A stretch of 64,000 nt of DNA from Deltaproteobacteria bacterium. Lineage in GTDB: Bacteria > Desulfobacterota > Binatia > Binatales > Binataceae. The stretch is from assembly GCA_027317185.1 (NCBI GenBank), contig DAHVFB010000002.1:10360-74359 (forward strand). Reading direction: 5' to 3'. A model generated the notes under the pieces. The model did no database searches. It was not told where the DNA came from and saw only the letters and a list, made by a program, of their open reading frames with translations. Numbering within the stretch: position 1 is the first letter of the stretch; each line of letters opens with the position of its first letter. This document shows positions 48,035-57,710 of the stretch, piece by piece. The position numbers and the translations under genes are program-made.

Positions 48035-49843
48035 CTACCACGGCCGGACCGTGCGCACGTCGATCACCGCGACGCCGCCTTGTTCGACGATCGCAACCGC
48101 TTCGCTCAGCGCCGTTTCCAGATCCTTCGCCGTGTCGATCGGACCTTTCGCCCACGCGCCGAAGCCTCGGCTCACGGTGGCGAAATCGATCTCGGGATTA
48201 AACATCGCGGTGCCAATCCAGGCGTTTTCCAGCGGTCGTTCCCGATGGCGCGCCATTTTCCGCTGATGCTCCTCATCGTTCATAAAGGAAAGATTGTTAT
48301 CGATAATCGCCAGCAACGGAATGCTATAATGCACCGCGGTCCATAGCGCCGCCGCGGACATCACCATGTCGCCGTCGCCCAGAATCGCAACCGGAAGCTT
48401 GCCCTGCCGATGGGTCGCTAGCGCAGCGCCAACCGACGCGCCCGGCCCGTAGCCGATTCCGCCGCCGACGTTCGCGCCGAGGTAGTCGCCTACGCCCTGA
48501 AACTCCCACACGCCCTCGGGCCATCCTTTGATGGATCTTCCCGAAAGCACGTATTCCCGCCCCTTTAGCGCGTGCCACAACATATCGACCAGCCGCGCCC
48601 TTGAGACCCCCGATTCGTTTGCGCGAGTAATTGCAGATTCGGCTTGATGGGCGCGAAGCGCGCGATGACGGTCGGTTAGCTTTGCGATTCGCGCCTGAAT
48701 CCTGGCAGCGATTTCCCGGTCAGCAGTGCGGGACTTAACCGCTTCGATCAACTGGCGCAGGCCGGCGATCGGATCGGCCAGCAGACGGATATCGGCGGGC
48801 GAGATATCACCGCCAACTCGCGACCATGAACGAAACGCGAAGTCATTCAATGACAGATCGATTACAGTCAGATTGGGCAGCGTAGCCGGGCGTCGTCCCT
48901 CCTCGTCGCCATAGAGTCCCACCAGGTCGGGCACGTCGAGTACGTCGACCGCCAGCACCACATCTGCTTCCTTAAGAATCTGCGAATCGCCATTGAGGTT
49001 TTGTGGATGGCGGCTCGGAAACGATACGTGATTCATTTGATCGATGTAGGCCGCGCCGGTGGCCTCGACCAACTCGATCAGCGGAGCGGTTGCGCGCGGA
49101 TCGTAGGCCAGGCTGCCGGCCGCGATCAGCGGCAGTTTCGCCGACAGCAAGGCCTCCGCCGCGCGCGCAATGGAAGCGGTATCGGCGCAGATCGACGCAG
49201 GCGCTTGGTAGCGCGGCAGCTTCACGTCGGGAAGCGGTAGCGGTCCCGCTAATGCGGTCTCCTGCAAAATCTTGTCGAGCGCGATATAGACCGGCCCATA
49301 GGGCGGCGTGGTGGCGATCTTATGTCCGCGCAGAATCGAACTGATCGCCGCCGCCGGGGTAGTCGGTTCATCCTCCCATTTGACAAATGGCCGGACCAGT
49401 TCACCCTGAGTGCTGGCCGAATGCGTGAAATCGATCCATCGCCGCCAGTTGGGATCGGACGGGCCTGCGCCGCCAAGGATCAGGAGCGGAGTGCGATCGC
49501 ACCACGCGTCGTAGACCGCCATCGAGGCGTGCATCAATCCGACCAGGTTGTGACAGATCGCCAGGCCCGGCTTTTGCGCCACTTTCGCATAGCCATGCGC
49601 GAACGCCACCGCAATTTCCTCATGCGTGCACAGCAACACCTTGGGCGTTTGATTGCGATGGTGGTTGATTAATGAATCGTGCAGCCCGCGAAAGCTCGAT
49701 CCGGGGTTCAGGGTGACGTATTCGTAGCCCAGCGCACCCAGCAGATCGACGATCACGTCCGATACATACTGCGGCTCTGGCCGTGGTCCCGCGAGCCCGA
49801 CCGGGGTCTCGATCTCACTGGTTTTGATGGTTCTGTTGTTCAT
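48035..49843 (-). CDS. Thiamine pyrophosphate-binding enzyme (acetolactate synthase/decarboxylase superfamily)
   Basis: NPGSSFRGLHDS, HEE.AV..AHGYAK, GDGD...DNN ThDP motif. Confidence 0.9.
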   Translation of the reverse strand: MNNRTIKTSEIETPVGLAGPRPEPQYVSDVIVDLLGALGYEYVTLNPGSSFRGLHDSLINHHRNQTPKVLLCTHEEIAVAFAHGYAKVAQKPGLAICHNLVGLMHASMAVYDAWCDRTPLLILGGAGPSDPNWRRWIDFTHSASTQGELVRPFVKWEDEPTTPAAAISSILRGHKIATTPPYGPVYIALDKILQETALAGPLPLPDVKLPRYQAPASICADTASIARAAEALLSAKLPLIAAGSLAYDPRATAPLIELVEATGAAYIDQMNHVSFPSRHPQNLNGDSQILKEADVVLAVDVLDVPDLVGLYGDEEGRRPATLPNLTVIDLSLNDFAFRSWSRVGGDISPADIRLLADPIAGLRQLIEAVKSRTADREIAARIQARIAKLTDRHRALRAHQAESAITRANESGVSRARLVDMLWHALKGREYVLSGRSIKGWPEGVWEFQGVGDYLGANVGGGIGYGPGASVGAALATHRQGKLPVAILGDGDMVMSAAALWTAVHYSIPLLAIIDNNLSFMNDEEHQRKMARHRERPLENAWIGTAMFNPEIDFATVSRGFGAWAKGPIDTAKDLETALSEAVAIVEQGGVAVIDVRTVRPW

Positions 49844-50051
49844 CAGTCACCTGCACTTCTGCCCGGTTTAACGAAGAAATCGATCATGGGTTATGTTCAA
49901 ACGGGGCTACTATACAACAGCCATCGGCCGGCGCGAGCGCCGTGTCAGATGACGGCCCAGCGGCGGTCGTGATAGCGCGTCGGCGCCAAATCACCGATCG
50001 GGACTGGTACTGGCCCGCGAGACTCACTGAATCCAACCTTTTCAGCTCTCC

Positions 50052-50732
50052 TCACGCCGAGAGCATTGAATCGAAGCCTTTCCAGAAGCCATGACACAGT
50101 GTGCGCGCCTCGACCAGGAACTCCTCCTCGTGGCCGGTGCCGGTCACCAGCCGATCGATCAGCCAATGTCCGGTCTCGCTGTGATCCTTGTCGGCTTCGT
50201 AATGGACGTCGAGAAACCGCAGATCGGATGGCTTCATGCCGTAATGCTCCTGCAGTCCGATTTGGAGCTTTTTGTAGGCGTGCACCTCCATCTCTTCGGA
50301 CAGCCCAAAGCCGCCCAGGTAGCGCGGCTTCAAATAAGCAATCCGATAGAACAGGGCGTTGGAGGCGAGCGATTCTTCCGAACCGATCGAGTCGAGAAGC
50401 TGCGGGCGGGGCATCCCCAGCGCCTGTTCCCACATCTCGCACAGCAATTCAGTATGGCCGGCGCTGTGGCTTAGCAATCCCAGCGCTTCTTCGGCAAAGT
50501 TTTGCGCGATATGTTGTGCGGCATCCAGATCGAGTTCACGCAGCCGCAGGTAGGCCAGCGCCGCGAGCGGTCCCGAGTCCTTCACCGTCATCGCATAATG
50601 TTCGATCGGATAACGCTTGAGTTGCTCCCTGGTCGCTTCGCCCCGGCTGACGAGCTCCACGTAAGGGTGCTTGGTCAGGTCGTACTCCCTGACGATCTTT
50701 TCGATTTCAGCATAAAATTGTTTCTTATCCAT
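50052..50732 (-). CDS. Heme-oxygenase-like diiron enzyme (CADD/PqqC/TenA superfamily)
   Basis: NFAEE.LG....GH.EL and VH.EAD.DH metal motifs; ggagg RBS before ATG 50732. Confidence 0.8.
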   Translation of the reverse strand: MDKKQFYAEIEKIVREYDLTKHPYVELVSRGEATREQLKRYPIEHYAMTVKDSGPLAALAYLRLRELDLDAAQHIAQNFAEEALGLLSHSAGHTELLCEMWEQALGMPRPQLLDSIGSEESLASNALFYRIAYLKPRYLGGFGLSEEMEVHAYKKLQIGLQEHYGMKPSDLRFLDVHYEADKDHSETGHWLIDRLVTGTGHEEEFLVEARTLCHGFWKGFDSMLSA

Positions 50733-51019
50733 GGGCTCACCTCCCGCTGAACACACTGTTTGTCCAAGAGGATCCGGCGACGTACGACTCCGGCGCCGAC
50801 TCCATCGGGGATAGATAATCAAACCGGCATTGTGCGTCTGTCAAACAAAAAGCTCTACGCCGCAATCGCGCCCCAGCCCAATAAGCGCCCCGAGTCTTGT
50901 CGATCGGTGAACGGAGACTACAATCAAAGCCCCTGATAACCGCAAAAAACCTCGAACGGATTTCGCGCGGACGGCCGCTGTATACCGATGCAGGGAGCAT
51001 ACTGCCGGAAGGATTTTGA

Positions 51020-53158
51020 ATGATGGATTATCTGGTCGGAATCGATATCGGTGGCACCTGCACCGATTGCGTCGTGATTGCAGGCGATGGGCGGGTGACG
51101 GTCGGCAAAGCCTTTTCCAGCCCACCGGATTTCTCGAGGGGCATTCTCGATGCGCTTTCGGTTGCCGCGCAATCGATCGGAATTACCTCGCGCGACATTC
51201 TCGCCAATACTCGCCTGTTCCTGCATGGCACCACGGTTGCCGAGAATGCGATGGTCGATGGCAACCTGGCGCGCGCCGCTCTGATCACCACCCGCGGCTT
51301 TGAGCATACGCTCTTCACTACGCGGGGCGGCTACGGCCGCTGGTCAGGACTGACGGAAGACGAAAAGCGCGATCCGGTCAACACCGACAAGCCTCCGCCA
51401 ATTATTCCAATTGCGAATATCCGTGCGGTGCGCGAGCGCACCGACCATAACGGCCGCCTGCTGGCAAAGGTCGGCGAAGAAAACATTCGCGCGGCGGTTC
51501 GCAGTCTGGCGGGCGAGCAAATTGAGGCTTTGGGAATCAGTCTGCTGTGGTCATTCGTCAATCCGACCAACGAGCAGATCGTCGCCAGTATCGTGCGCGA
51601 AATGCGTCCCGATTTGTTCGTTACGCTTTCCTCGGACATCGCGCCGATTCTGGGCGAATACGAACGCACGTCAACCGTCGCTTTGAATGTTTCGCTGGGC
51701 CCGGTGATCGCACGCTATTTGAGCAATTTACTCGATGGACTCCGCCAGCTTGGTTTTGGAGGTAATCTGCTGGTGATGCAGGCGCACGGCGGATTGCTGC
51801 CGTTGGAGCAGGCGGCCGCACGACCAATTGGGATGGTGGAATCGGGGCCGGTAGGGGGACTGGTCGGATGCAAGCGGCTGGGCGACTTGATCGGCATCCG
51901 CAACGTGATTTCCGCCGACATGGGCGGCACCACGTTCAAAGTCGGCACCGTGCGCGACGGACTGATCGAGTATCAGCGTGAGTCGATGGTCCTGCGGTAT
52001 CATTATTCGCTGCCTAAAATGGACGTGGTCAGCCTCGGCCTGGCTGGTGGCAGTGTGATTTCGATCGAACCGCGCACCCGTTCGCCGCGGGTCGGGCCGC
52101 GCAGCGCGGGTTCGTATCCGGGCCCGATCTGTTACGATCATGGCGGTACCGAGCCCACCCTGACCGATGTCGATGCGATCCTCGGCTATCTGAACCCAAG
52201 CTATTTTCTTGGCGGGCGCGCCCGGCTGAATATCGAAAATGCCCGGCATGAATTCGAGGCCCAAATCGCGAAACCATTGGGTATGCCGTTGATCGAGGCG
52301 GCCGCCGCGATGCACAAACTCGCCAATTCGATGATTTACGACCTGCTGCATAAAACCACCGTGCAGCGCGGCCTGGATCCCCGTGAATTCGCTCTGTTCT
52401 CGACCGGCGGCACAGCCGGGATGCATCTGCCGGCGGTAGGTCAGGAATTGGGCGTCAAGAGTATCGTGGTGCCGCACTCGGCCTCGGTTCACGGAGCCTT
52501 TGGGCTGGCTACCTCGGACATCGTCCATGAGGAACTGATCACCCGTCCGCAACGCCATCCGGCTGACTATCGAATGGTCGATGGAATTTTTAACGAAATG
52601 CTGGAGCGAATACGCATCCAGCTCGAAGCCGAAGACTTCTCCAACGAGCGCGTCGAGTTCCATCGATCGATCGACGTGCGCTATCGCCGTCAGGTCCACA
52701 TCCTGACCGTCCCGCTGGATGAAGGTTCACCTGCCATGCGGCGCAACCATCCCGCGTCAGTCACGGGCGAGATGCTTGACGCCACCGTTGCGCGGTTCGA
52801 GGCGCTCTACAAACAGAAATATGGCGCCGACTCGACTTTTCGAGAGGCTGGGGTCGAGTTGGTTACCTTCCGGGTGCGCGGCGTCGGCCTGGTGCACAAG
52901 CCCGAGCTGCAAATGGCGCCGCTTGGCGACCGTGACGCAAGCCCTGCTATTGTCGAGCGGCGCCCGGCCTACGTTCCCGATCTGGGACGGGTGGTCGAAA
53001 CCACCGGTTACGATTTCGAACATTTGCGCCCCGGCAACGTGATTCCGGGACCCTCGATTATTTGGACCCCGATTACGACCGTAGTGGTTGGCAGCCGTCA
53101 GACCACTGTCTGCGACGGCCTCAGGAATCTTATCATCACGGCTGCCGCCGCCGCGTGA
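51020..53158 (+). CDS. Hydantoinase A / oxoprolinase family protein
   Basis: GIDIGGT.TD, HGTT, EYER.ST, ESGP.GG, DMGGTT, GP.SAG..PGP.CY. Confidence 0.94.
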   Translation: MMDYLVGIDIGGTCTDCVVIAGDGRVTVGKAFSSPPDFSRGILDALSVAAQSIGITSRDILANTRLFLHGTTVAENAMVDGNLARAALITTRGFEHTLFTTRGGYGRWSGLTEDEKRDPVNTDKPPPIIPIANIRAVRERTDHNGRLLAKVGEENIRAAVRSLAGEQIEALGISLLWSFVNPTNEQIVASIVREMRPDLFVTLSSDIAPILGEYERTSTVALNVSLGPVIARYLSNLLDGLRQLGFGGNLLVMQAHGGLLPLEQAAARPIGMVESGPVGGLVGCKRLGDLIGIRNVISADMGGTTFKVGTVRDGLIEYQRESMVLRYHYSLPKMDVVSLGLAGGSVISIEPRTRSPRVGPRSAGSYPGPICYDHGGTEPTLTDVDAILGYLNPSYFLGGRARLNIENARHEFEAQIAKPLGMPLIEAAAAMHKLANSMIYDLLHKTTVQRGLDPREFALFSTGGTAGMHLPAVGQELGVKSIVVPHSASVHGAFGLATSDIVHEELITRPQRHPADYRMVDGIFNEMLERIRIQLEAEDFSNERVEFHRSIDVRYRRQVHILTVPLDEGSPAMRRNHPASVTGEMLDATVARFEALYKQKYGADSTFREAGVELVTFRVRGVGLVHKPELQMAPLGDRDASPAIVERRPAYVPDLGRVVETTGYDFEHLRPGNVIPGPSIIWTPITTVVVGSRQTTVCDGLRNLIITAAAAA

Positions 53159-53178
53159 ACCGTCGCAGGAGATAGGAA

Positions 53179-55344
53179 ATGAACAATGCAGTGGACGCGG
53201 TCACTTTCGAGATCATTCGTCACCGCCTGAACCAGGTGATCGAGGAAGCGATCGTCGCGTTGGAAAATGTATCAGGCTCGCCGATCACCAACGAAGGCCA
53301 CGACATGATGGTTTCGCTGTATCGGGCGGACGGCGGCCTGATGGTTGGCGGAATGGGTTTTCTGCATCATCTGACCAGCGCGGCGCAGGCGGTCAAGCAT
53401 ATTCTCGCCACTTATTCGGAAGATCCCGGAATCGATCAAGACGATGTCTTCATGCTCAACGATTCCTATACCGCCGCCCTTCATCCGCCCGATGTGTACC
53501 TTATCTCGCCGGTGCATTATCAGGGGAGGCTAACCGGATTCGTCGGCAACTTCGTGCATATGACGGACATCGGAGCGATCGATCCGGGTGGCTTTTCACC
53601 CAACGCCCGCGAAGCTTTTCAAGAAGGCTTCGTCACGCAGGGCTTGAAGATCGTCGAACGTGGCCGGCGGCGGCGCGACGTCATCGAAACGTTTTTGCGC
53701 AACGTGCGCGATCCGGGGATGACGGGTCTCGATTTAAAATCGCAACTGGCGGCGAATCACGTCGCCAAGGAGCGTCTGCGCAAGTTGTACGATGATTATG
53801 GCGTGCAGGCAGTCGATCAAGTTTCGGAAGAGTTGATCCGGCAGTCGGAACGGCTGATGCGCGAGCGGCTGCGCGAATTGCCTGATGGCGTATGGCGCGC
53901 CCGCCAATATGTCGATATGCCCGAGGGGCTTTACCGGGTCGAGCTGGCGGCGATCAAGGAAGGCGACACTCTCACCTACGACTTCACCGGGACCGATCCG
54001 CAAGTCGACAAAGGTATCAACTCTTGTTACTGGGGCAGTTGGGGCGGAATTTTCGCGCCGATCTTCCCATTGTTGGCATGGGATGTGGGCTGGAACGAAG
54101 GCGTCACCAAACCGATCAGGATCATCGCGCCCGAAGGCACCTTGGTGAACTGTATCCGTCCGGCGCCGGTTTCAGTCGCGACCACCGGCGTGATTCAGAT
54201 CGTCAATAACCTGTCGGTCAACGTATTGTCGCGCATCCTCGGCGCGAGCGAGCGTTATCGCGATCGCGCCACCGGCGTATGGCACGGCAGCCATCTGCCA
54301 CTGATGATTAGCGGTCTCGACGAGCACAAAGACTACTTCGTAACCTTGCTCACCGACACCTTCGCGGGCGCCGGGGGTGCGCGTGCTTTCGCCGATGGGG
54401 TCGATAACGGCGGCGAAATTCCGAATGTGGTTTCACGCTGGGCGAACGTCGAAACCGAAGAACTGCATCGGTCGATAGCCTATCTTTATCGTAGCCCGGT
54501 GCCGGACTCGGGCGGACCGGGTAAGTATCGCGGCGGGGTTAACCACGAATTCGCTTTCACGCCTCACGATACTGGCACCGGCGCAATCCATCTTGGGCTT
54601 ACCTCAAAGGGACTCAAAGTTCCGCTGAGCCTGGGAATTTTCGGTGGCTTACCGGGTAGCACTATCGCGCAACTGATCTTTCGCAAGGCCAATCTGGAAG
54701 ATATGCCCACAAGTTTTACCGAAACGCGTGGCGAGAAAGTTGAGGCGGTTCATTGGGGCGATTATTCGGTCAGCGAAGGCGACATCGTTTATATCCGTTT
54801 TCAGGGCGGCGGCGGATATGGCGATCCGATCGATCGTGACCCCGAGCGCACGCTGCGTGATGTGCAGATCGGGATGGTATCGCCAGCCGCGGCGCATGCG
54901 ATCTACGGCGTGGTGTTGGATCCGGCCAATGCGCGGGTTGACCATAGCGAGACGCGGGCGAGACGCGCGAAGATCCGCCACGAGCGAATCGGCCACCCGG
55001 TCGCTGCCGAGCTATACGATCGCGGCAACATCCCGCCCAGCCATCAGCCGCTCGGCGAATATCTGCAGCAGGTCGGCGACGCAAAAAGCGTATTTGTCCA
55101 GTGTACGTGGTGCGGTCACGAGCTCTCACGCGCGGGCGAGCAATGGAAGGACAAGGCCATCGCGCGGGCGCTTCCAATCTCGGCGGCGGGCGATTTCCGC
55201 GATGCTGCGCCGGGCTTGATCATGCGGCAGTTCTATTGTCCGCGATGCGCCACGCTGCTCGATACCGAGGTGGTGCTGGAGTCCGATCCGCCACTCTATG
55301 ACGATGTGCGCCGCTGGCCGCGCCCGGAAAACGGGAACGTCTGA
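53179..55344 (+). CDS. Hydantoinase B / oxoprolinase family protein with a C-terminal acetone carboxylase gamma-like Zn domain
   Basis: ND.Y...H.PD, H..DIG...PG, DSGGPG.YRGG, GGGGYGDP..R; C-terminal CTWC...CPRC. Confidence 0.93.
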   Translation: MNNAVDAVTFEIIRHRLNQVIEEAIVALENVSGSPITNEGHDMMVSLYRADGGLMVGGMGFLHHLTSAAQAVKHILATYSEDPGIDQDDVFMLNDSYTAALHPPDVYLISPVHYQGRLTGFVGNFVHMTDIGAIDPGGFSPNAREAFQEGFVTQGLKIVERGRRRRDVIETFLRNVRDPGMTGLDLKSQLAANHVAKERLRKLYDDYGVQAVDQVSEELIRQSERLMRERLRELPDGVWRARQYVDMPEGLYRVELAAIKEGDTLTYDFTGTDPQVDKGINSCYWGSWGGIFAPIFPLLAWDVGWNEGVTKPIRIIAPEGTLVNCIRPAPVSVATTGVIQIVNNLSVNVLSRILGASERYRDRATGVWHGSHLPLMISGLDEHKDYFVTLLTDTFAGAGGARAFADGVDNGGEIPNVVSRWANVETEELHRSIAYLYRSPVPDSGGPGKYRGGVNHEFAFTPHDTGTGAIHLGLTSKGLKVPLSLGIFGGLPGSTIAQLIFRKANLEDMPTSFTETRGEKVEAVHWGDYSVSEGDIVYIRFQGGGGYGDPIDRDPERTLRDVQIGMVSPAAAHAIYGVVLDPANARVDHSETRARRAKIRHERIGHPVAAELYDRGNIPPSHQPLGEYLQQVGDAKSVFVQCTWCGHELSRAGEQWKDKAIARALPISAAGDFRDAAPGLIMRQFYCPRCATLLDTEVVLESDPPLYDDVRRWPRPENGNV

Positions 55345-55347
55345 TTA

Positions 55348-57561
55348 TCAATGGGCTGGCGAAGCGGAAGCCTCTGCTTTTGCGAAATGAGCCAGCGACT
55401 CTCCCATGAAGTTGGTTGTCAGTTCTGGCGGTGGCGATGACTTAAGCTGATGGGCAATCGCTGTGATTTGAGAAGGTTGAAAAATCAGCACCATCGGTTT
55501 GACCACATTGGCGGGCGGCTTCGACCCGGATTGCCATCGAACTGCCCCCGGATAGGTGATCTCGTAAGCCGCCCGGTTATAGCGATCTATCAGCACTTTC
55601 GCCGCTCCAAATGAGCCACGCAGCACAATCGCGATCTGCCCACGGTATGGTTTCACGTCCCAGTCCGTGGTCGCGTTCGGCGCTTGATAGATAGTCCAGC
55701 CGGCTGGCAGCAGGTTAAGACGCTTCAGCTCGAGCGGGGAAAGTTTACGGATATCCCGCCCCTCGGCGAGATAATTTTCTATCGCTGTCACGATCGCGTC
55801 AAAGCGCAGCGTTAAGGCGCGGGATTCAAGGTATACAGGGCTGATTTTTCCATACTCCGCGAAAGCTCCTGCTGGGATGTTATAAATCCCAACCCCGCCT
55901 TGCTGGATAGGTGGGATACCAAGGGAATCGAGTACCGGGCGCCATTGGAAGGCTTGAATATCGCGCTCATCGAGGAGGACCGCCTGGACTCCAAAACGGG
56001 CAATGTAAGCTTTGAGCTGATCGCCAGCTTCAGGCAGATCGATTTGGCGGGATAGGAAACCCACTGCGGGCATCCGGTCGAACTCAAAAGGCGTCAGGCC
56101 CGTATAGCCACCCGCCATCCTGAAGTACATGTTGGTGGCCGCCTGCCAATACATCGAGATGCCCCGTTCGCCAAAAGGTACCGGCAGAATAACTTCGCCG
56201 GGCGCGATCTGCTGACGATATTGGCCGCTGCTGAAAAACGGCGGCAGATTGATCGGCGAAACCCAGAAGGACGCGCTGGGATTGGGCAGAATCGAGAGGA
56301 TAATCGCCGCGGCCGCCAGGCATTTGACCCATGCGCGGGCGGCCCAACTCGCGAACACGATCGCGGTGATCACCCCGATTATCAGGAACGCATACAGCAT
56401 CAGCCGGATCGGCAATGCTTCCGAAAGAATTGGCAGCTTCGAAACGATAGCCCATGGCATCGCGAAGCCCGCGCGACCGCCGATATGGAACAATGGCCCC
56501 ATCGCTGCAATCACAATCAGCAGTAGCAGCAGCAGCATAAACTTACCCGCTGACGAGGCCCAATTACGCCGGCGATAAGCCTCCACCGTCGCGAGCAGCG
56601 CGATTCCGAGGTATTCTCCTTTTTCCTCGACGATGCCGCGGTAGTCCCTGGCCAAGGCCATGAAAGGGCGTGCTGTTCCAATCCAGTTGATTTCGGTTGG
56701 CGCCACGAAGCTCAACAGGTCGGCCGAAAAACGCTCGGGACTCCAAATCGGCTCGTGTGGGAAACTGTGCGCCAGCATCGCATAAAGATATGGCGAAACC
56801 GCCACGGCCATGATCGCATACGCAAGCGCGCTTGGGATGACGATCGAAACGATTCTGCGGCGGGTGTCGCCGCTGAACAAAAATAAACCGAGCACGAAGG
56901 CCGCGCCCGCCACCGCCGTCATCAGCGCCGCGACCTCGACCGAGCACAGAAACTCGGCGGTCAGCAGCAATGCCAGCCAGCCGGTATAACCGCGCGCCGA
57001 AATCGATCCGTCAATCCGCCTCACTACCACTAACGCAATCAACGGCACCGGAAAGATCGCGACCAGCACCAGGTGGCCCAGCGACTCCGCCAACATGTAG
57101 GGCGAGAACCCGAAGACATAGCCGCCCAGCACGGACGGCCAGAACGAGTTCGTAACCCGCCGGCACAGCGCGAAAGCCGACACCCCCGCCAAAGGCATCG
57201 CGAGAGTGCACAGCAGGTTGTAAGCGGTGCGCACGCCGAACATGCGTTGCAGAGGAATCGAAACCACCCCCGGCAATGGCACAAAGGTGGTCCACGCCAG
57301 ATTGGTGCCGAGCGGCGTCCAGACCAGATTTGTCCAGAATGGGTTGAGCCGGTGAGCGATCGCATAACGCCACCAATTGAGGAACCAAACGAATAGTGCC
57401 GGATCCGTATCCTGCCCGACATGACAATTGACGCAATGCCCGAACAGGAGGCCGCGATCAAGAATAATTATCGAAAACAGCAGATATAATACGAATACCG
57501 CTATACCTTCGTGCCATCGGTTGAAGAAAATATCAGGATGCGAATGGCTATCATTTTCCAT
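55348..57561 (-). CDS. Polytopic membrane protein, putative GT-C glycosyltransferase (copy B)
   Basis: Many hydrophobic helices; D.D...F.WFL.WW, P.G.NL.W, FGFSPY, SADL; 737 aa. Confidence 0.75.
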   Translation of the reverse strand: MENDSHSHPDIFFNRWHEGIAVFVLYLLFSIIILDRGLLFGHCVNCHVGQDTDPALFVWFLNWWRYAIAHRLNPFWTNLVWTPLGTNLAWTTFVPLPGVVSIPLQRMFGVRTAYNLLCTLAMPLAGVSAFALCRRVTNSFWPSVLGGYVFGFSPYMLAESLGHLVLVAIFPVPLIALVVVRRIDGSISARGYTGWLALLLTAEFLCSVEVAALMTAVAGAAFVLGLFLFSGDTRRRIVSIVIPSALAYAIMAVAVSPYLYAMLAHSFPHEPIWSPERFSADLLSFVAPTEINWIGTARPFMALARDYRGIVEEKGEYLGIALLATVEAYRRRNWASSAGKFMLLLLLLIVIAAMGPLFHIGGRAGFAMPWAIVSKLPILSEALPIRLMLYAFLIIGVITAIVFASWAARAWVKCLAAAAIILSILPNPSASFWVSPINLPPFFSSGQYRQQIAPGEVILPVPFGERGISMYWQAATNMYFRMAGGYTGLTPFEFDRMPAVGFLSRQIDLPEAGDQLKAYIARFGVQAVLLDERDIQAFQWRPVLDSLGIPPIQQGGVGIYNIPAGAFAEYGKISPVYLESRALTLRFDAIVTAIENYLAEGRDIRKLSPLELKRLNLLPAGWTIYQAPNATTDWDVKPYRGQIAIVLRGSFGAAKVLIDRYNRAAYEITYPGAVRWQSGSKPPANVVKPMVLIFQPSQITAIAHQLKSSPPPELTTNFMGESLAHFAKAEASASPAH

Positions 57562-57710
57562 GAGATTGCATAGGTGTGGGTCTGCTGTCTGTCAGGTCTG
57601 TTATTTTAACTGCGGATACTTTAAGGAAGCTAAGAACATCCGACTGAATCGCGGTACTGCAAAGTTTTTCACCTTCGGGTGGCGTATGAACCCGATCTCC
57701 CGCGCGTCCG

